A DNA stretch of 62,194 bases, the filler included, from Chiloscyllium plagiosum (taxonomy: Eukaryota): NCBI RefSeq assembly GCF_004010195.1. It is 4 parts of one record of this genome, joined end to end, with 100 filler letters (N's around TTAATTAATTAA, not from the genome) between each part and the next. Parts side by side here need not be neighbours in the genome. Positions count along the whole stretch, not along the records: positions 55,449 to 62,194 come from NC_057714.1; 3 more parts are not named here. One strand, written 5' to 3'. The notes under the pieces are model-generated. The model was not told where the DNA came from and did no database searches. It worked only from the letters and a program-made list of their open reading frames with translations. This document shows positions 58,960 to 62,194 of this stretch, one piece after another. Each line of letters starts with the position of its first letter. Position 1 is the stretch's first letter. A program made the translations under genes and the position numbers.

Positions 58960-60530
58960 GGTCATAAGACCATAACACATAGGAGCAGAAATTAGGCCAT
59001 TCAGCCCATCAAGTCTGCTGATGGCTGATAAGTTTCTCAACCCCATTCTCCCTCTTTCTCCCCATAACCCTTGGTCCCCTTGATACCCAGGAACCTATCT
59101 ATCTCAGTCTTAAATATACTCAATGACCCGGCCTCCACTGCCTTCAGTGGCAGTGAATTCCATAGATTCCCCACTCTCTGGCTAAAAACGTTTCTCCTTA
59201 TCTCCATTCTAAGAGGTCTTCCCTTTAGATTAGATTACTTACAGTGTGGAAACAGNNNNNNNNNACCTGCACATCTTTGGACTGTGGGAGGAAACCGGAG
59301 GAAACCCACGCAGACACAGGGAGAATGTGTAAACTCCACACAGACAGTTGCTTGAGGCGGGAATTGAACTCGGGTCCCTGGCGCTGTGAGGCAGCAGTGC
59401 TAACCACTGAGCCACTGAGCCACTGTGCTGCCCCAAAGGCTGTGCTCTCAGGTCAGAGTCTCTCCTACCAATGGAAACATCTTCCCAACATCTCTGTCCA
59501 GGCCATTCAGTATTCTGTATGTTTCAATGAGATCCCACCTCATCCTTTTAAACTCCATTGAGTATAGACCCAGAGTCCTCAAACATTCCTCATTTGTGAA
59601 CCTTTTCATTCCTGGGACCATTCTCTGAACAGGAGAAAGTGAGGACTGTTGAAACTTTATTGCTGGAACAGCACAGCAGGTCAGGCAGCATCCAGGGAAC
59701 AGGAGATTCGACGTTTCGGGCACAGGCCCTTCTTCAGGAAGAAGGGCCTGAAGAAGGGCCTGTGCCCGAAACGTCGAATCTCCTGTTCCCTGGATGCTGC
59801 CTGACCTGCTGTGCTGTTCCAGCAATAAAGTTTCAACTTTGATCTCCAGCATCTGCAGACCTCACTTTCTCCAGAAAGTGAGGACTGCAGATGCTGGAGA
59901 TCAGAGCTGAAAAATGTGTTACTGGAAAAGCGCAGCAGGTCAGGTCCTGAAGAAGGGCTTATGCCCGAAACGTCGATTCTCCTGCTCCTTGGATGCTGCC
60001 TGACCTACTGCGCTTTTCCAGCAACACATTTTCAGCACCATTCTCTGAACCTCCTCTGAACACCCTATAGGGCCAGTACATCCTTCCTGAGATATGGGAC
60101 CCAAAACTGCACACAATACTCCAAATCTGGTCTGACCAGAGCTGTATGGAGCCTCAGGAGTAGATCCCTGCTTTTATATTTAAGTCCTCTCAAAATAAAT
60201 GCCATCATTGTATTTGCCTTCCTATCTACTGACTTAACCTGCAAGTTTACCTTGAGGGACTCCCAAGTCCCTTTACTTCAGATTTCTGAATGTTCTCCCC
60301 ATTTAGAAAACAGTTCATGCCTCTGTTCTTCTGACCAAAGTGCATGCCCTCACACTTCCCCATGTTGTCCTCCATCTGCCACTTCTTTGCCCACTCTCCT
60401 ACCCTGTCCAAATTCTTCTGCAGCCTCCGCAGCACTACCTGCCCCTGCACCAATCTTTGTATCATCGGCAAACCTCGCCAGAATACCCTCAGTTACTTCA
60501 TCTTGATCATTAATGTATAAAATGAAAAGT
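58960..60530 (-). mobile_element. CR1-type LINE with nested HE1 SINE (~59225-59432) and palindromic Penelope-derived inserts (~59630-60037)
   Basis: LRTLGLYSMEFKRMRWDLIETYRILNG; WAKKWQME.NMGKC. Confidence 0.85.
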
Positions 60531-60914
60531 CATCATGAAAGGATAGTTGGAATATCACTGAGAGAGGGAACCTGGGAGTGTCTGTGAGTGCAGGCTCAGT
60601 TTGTACGGTCCATTTTCCCTCTCCCTGTCTCTGTGACACAGGAGCATCACTGCTGCCAGATCAAAGCTCGGTCTTTGAGAAAGTTCAGTGCCAAACTCCA
60701 TAGCAACCAGACTCTGTCAGTCAGAGTGGAGGCCTCATTCCCCACCGCAATATTTACAGTCTCTCATTAACATTCTCCGGGGGCTGAGAATCCACTCCTT
60801 CTGCCAGGTTCCCAATACTTTATTTATAACAACCTTCCAAAGTCTTTTGAGCAAATCTGTCACTTCCAACTGCTCACTTTCATCAATCCTGGAATCTTCA
60901 CTGATCACGCAATG

Positions 60915-61445
60915 AAACAGAGATAGAGAGAGAGGCGCAGGGGAAAGGGGTGACAGGCAGATAGAGAGAGAGAGGTGGACAGACAGAGAGAGAGAGAGAC
61001 AACACAGACAGACTGACAGAGAGAGGTAGATAGAGATAAAGATAAAAAGAGTGAGGCAGACAGAGAGAAAGAGCAGCAGACAGAGTCAGAGAAACCAAAA
61101 GAGAGAGAGAAGCTGAGAGAGGAGAGAAAGAGAGAGAAAGAGAGAGAGAGAGAGACTGAGCGAGAGAGAGAGAGAGAGAGAGAGACTGAGCAAGAGAGAA
61201 ATCAAGAGACAGAGAAAGGGGAGCAGACAAACATGAAGGCTGAGAAGAGAGGGAGACAGAAATGAGAGAGAAGCGAAAGAGAGTGAGGCAGAAAGAGGAA
61301 GAAAATCAGGAAGGGCATGACAGGGAGGGAAAAACTGACAGAGAGACAGATAAAGAGAGAGAGAGAGAGGCAGGAACCGAGAAAGACAGGCAGACAGAGA
61401 GAGATAGATAAAGAGATAGACAGACAGCTACACAGAGAGGAGACA
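60915..61445. repeat. GA-rich low-complexity microsatellite
   Basis: (GA)n and GACA runs. Confidence 0.9.
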
Positions 61446-62194
61446 GTGAGGACTGCAGATGCTGGAGATCAGAGTCGAGAGTGTGGTGCTGGAAAAGCAC
61501 AGCAGGTCAGGCAGCATCCGAGGAGCAAGAGAATCGATATTTCGGACAAAAGCCCTTCATCAGGAGGGGTACATGGAGTGGGGTATTGAGTGATGGAATG
61601 CCAAGAGATGGTGGTTAGATTGTCTCTGATTGGAGATGGACAATGCCTGGCCTTGTGTGGCACAAATCCCGGAGACAGTATTGTCCAGATCTTACTGCAT
61701 TTGATCAGTTGAAACAGTGAAAATGATTGCCTGTTCTGGGGTAGATGTGGGGTGACTGGTGCAATCCAGCAAAGGGGCAGAGGTTTAAATCAAGTTCTGC
61801 TGGTGCAGTGGTGGTGTCCCTGCCACTGGATTAATAGTCGTGAGTTCAAGTCCCACCTGCCCCAGACGTGAGGAATAACATCATTGAGATGGATGATTAG
61901 GAAATATCTAAAATCGGTGTCGTATTGATCAGGAGTGATATCAGGAAGCACACAGGGGCTTAGAAAAAAGAACACTCTCCCCTGACCAGACTGAAGGATG
62001 GAGATCAGTACGGACAGGGAGTTTAAGGCTGTCCAAGGATCGGGGTGGGGTGGGGGTGTATAAGGTATGTAAATGGAGGTCAGACAAACCAAGATCAAAA
62101 TAAACATTGTCCCAGCTTTTAACTACTCCAGAAGTGTGGGGGGGAGGGGCAGGTTCACTCCAGGGGTTAGGGTCTGGAGTATACAGTGTGAGAG

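Overview
Repeat-dense vertebrate genomic DNA with several assembly gaps. Abundant HE1-type tRNA SINEs with (TAATC)n tails point to a cartilaginous fish (shark). The background is decayed CR1-type and other LINEs, Rex1/Babar, Penelope-like fragments with hammerhead ribozyme cores, a Tigger/pogo remnant and MITE, a decayed Gypsy pol and minisatellites. Three spliced exons (6426-16388, +) may belong to a host gene for a single-pass membrane protein. The main object is a pair of nested endogenous retroviruses on the minus strand. ERV-A (21929-29702) is young, GC/CpG-rich, and has a tRNA-Pro-like PBS, gag, pro-RT-tether-RNaseH-IN and env. It sits inside the integrase C-terminus of an older AT-rich relative, ERV-B (~16574-36370, tRNA-Ser-like PBS). 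Both env genes look like paramyxo/pneumo/baculovirus F-type fusion proteins rather than SU/TM retroviral Env, which suggests lokiretrovirus-like elements. ERV-A is not bounded by direct LTRs. The U3 of its 5' LTR is replaced by an inverted R-U5 copy, giving 98-bp terminal inverted repeats, a 204-nt hairpin before the PBS and an apparent 3-bp target duplication (CAT). All calls come from reading the sequence and ORF track; no database search was run.
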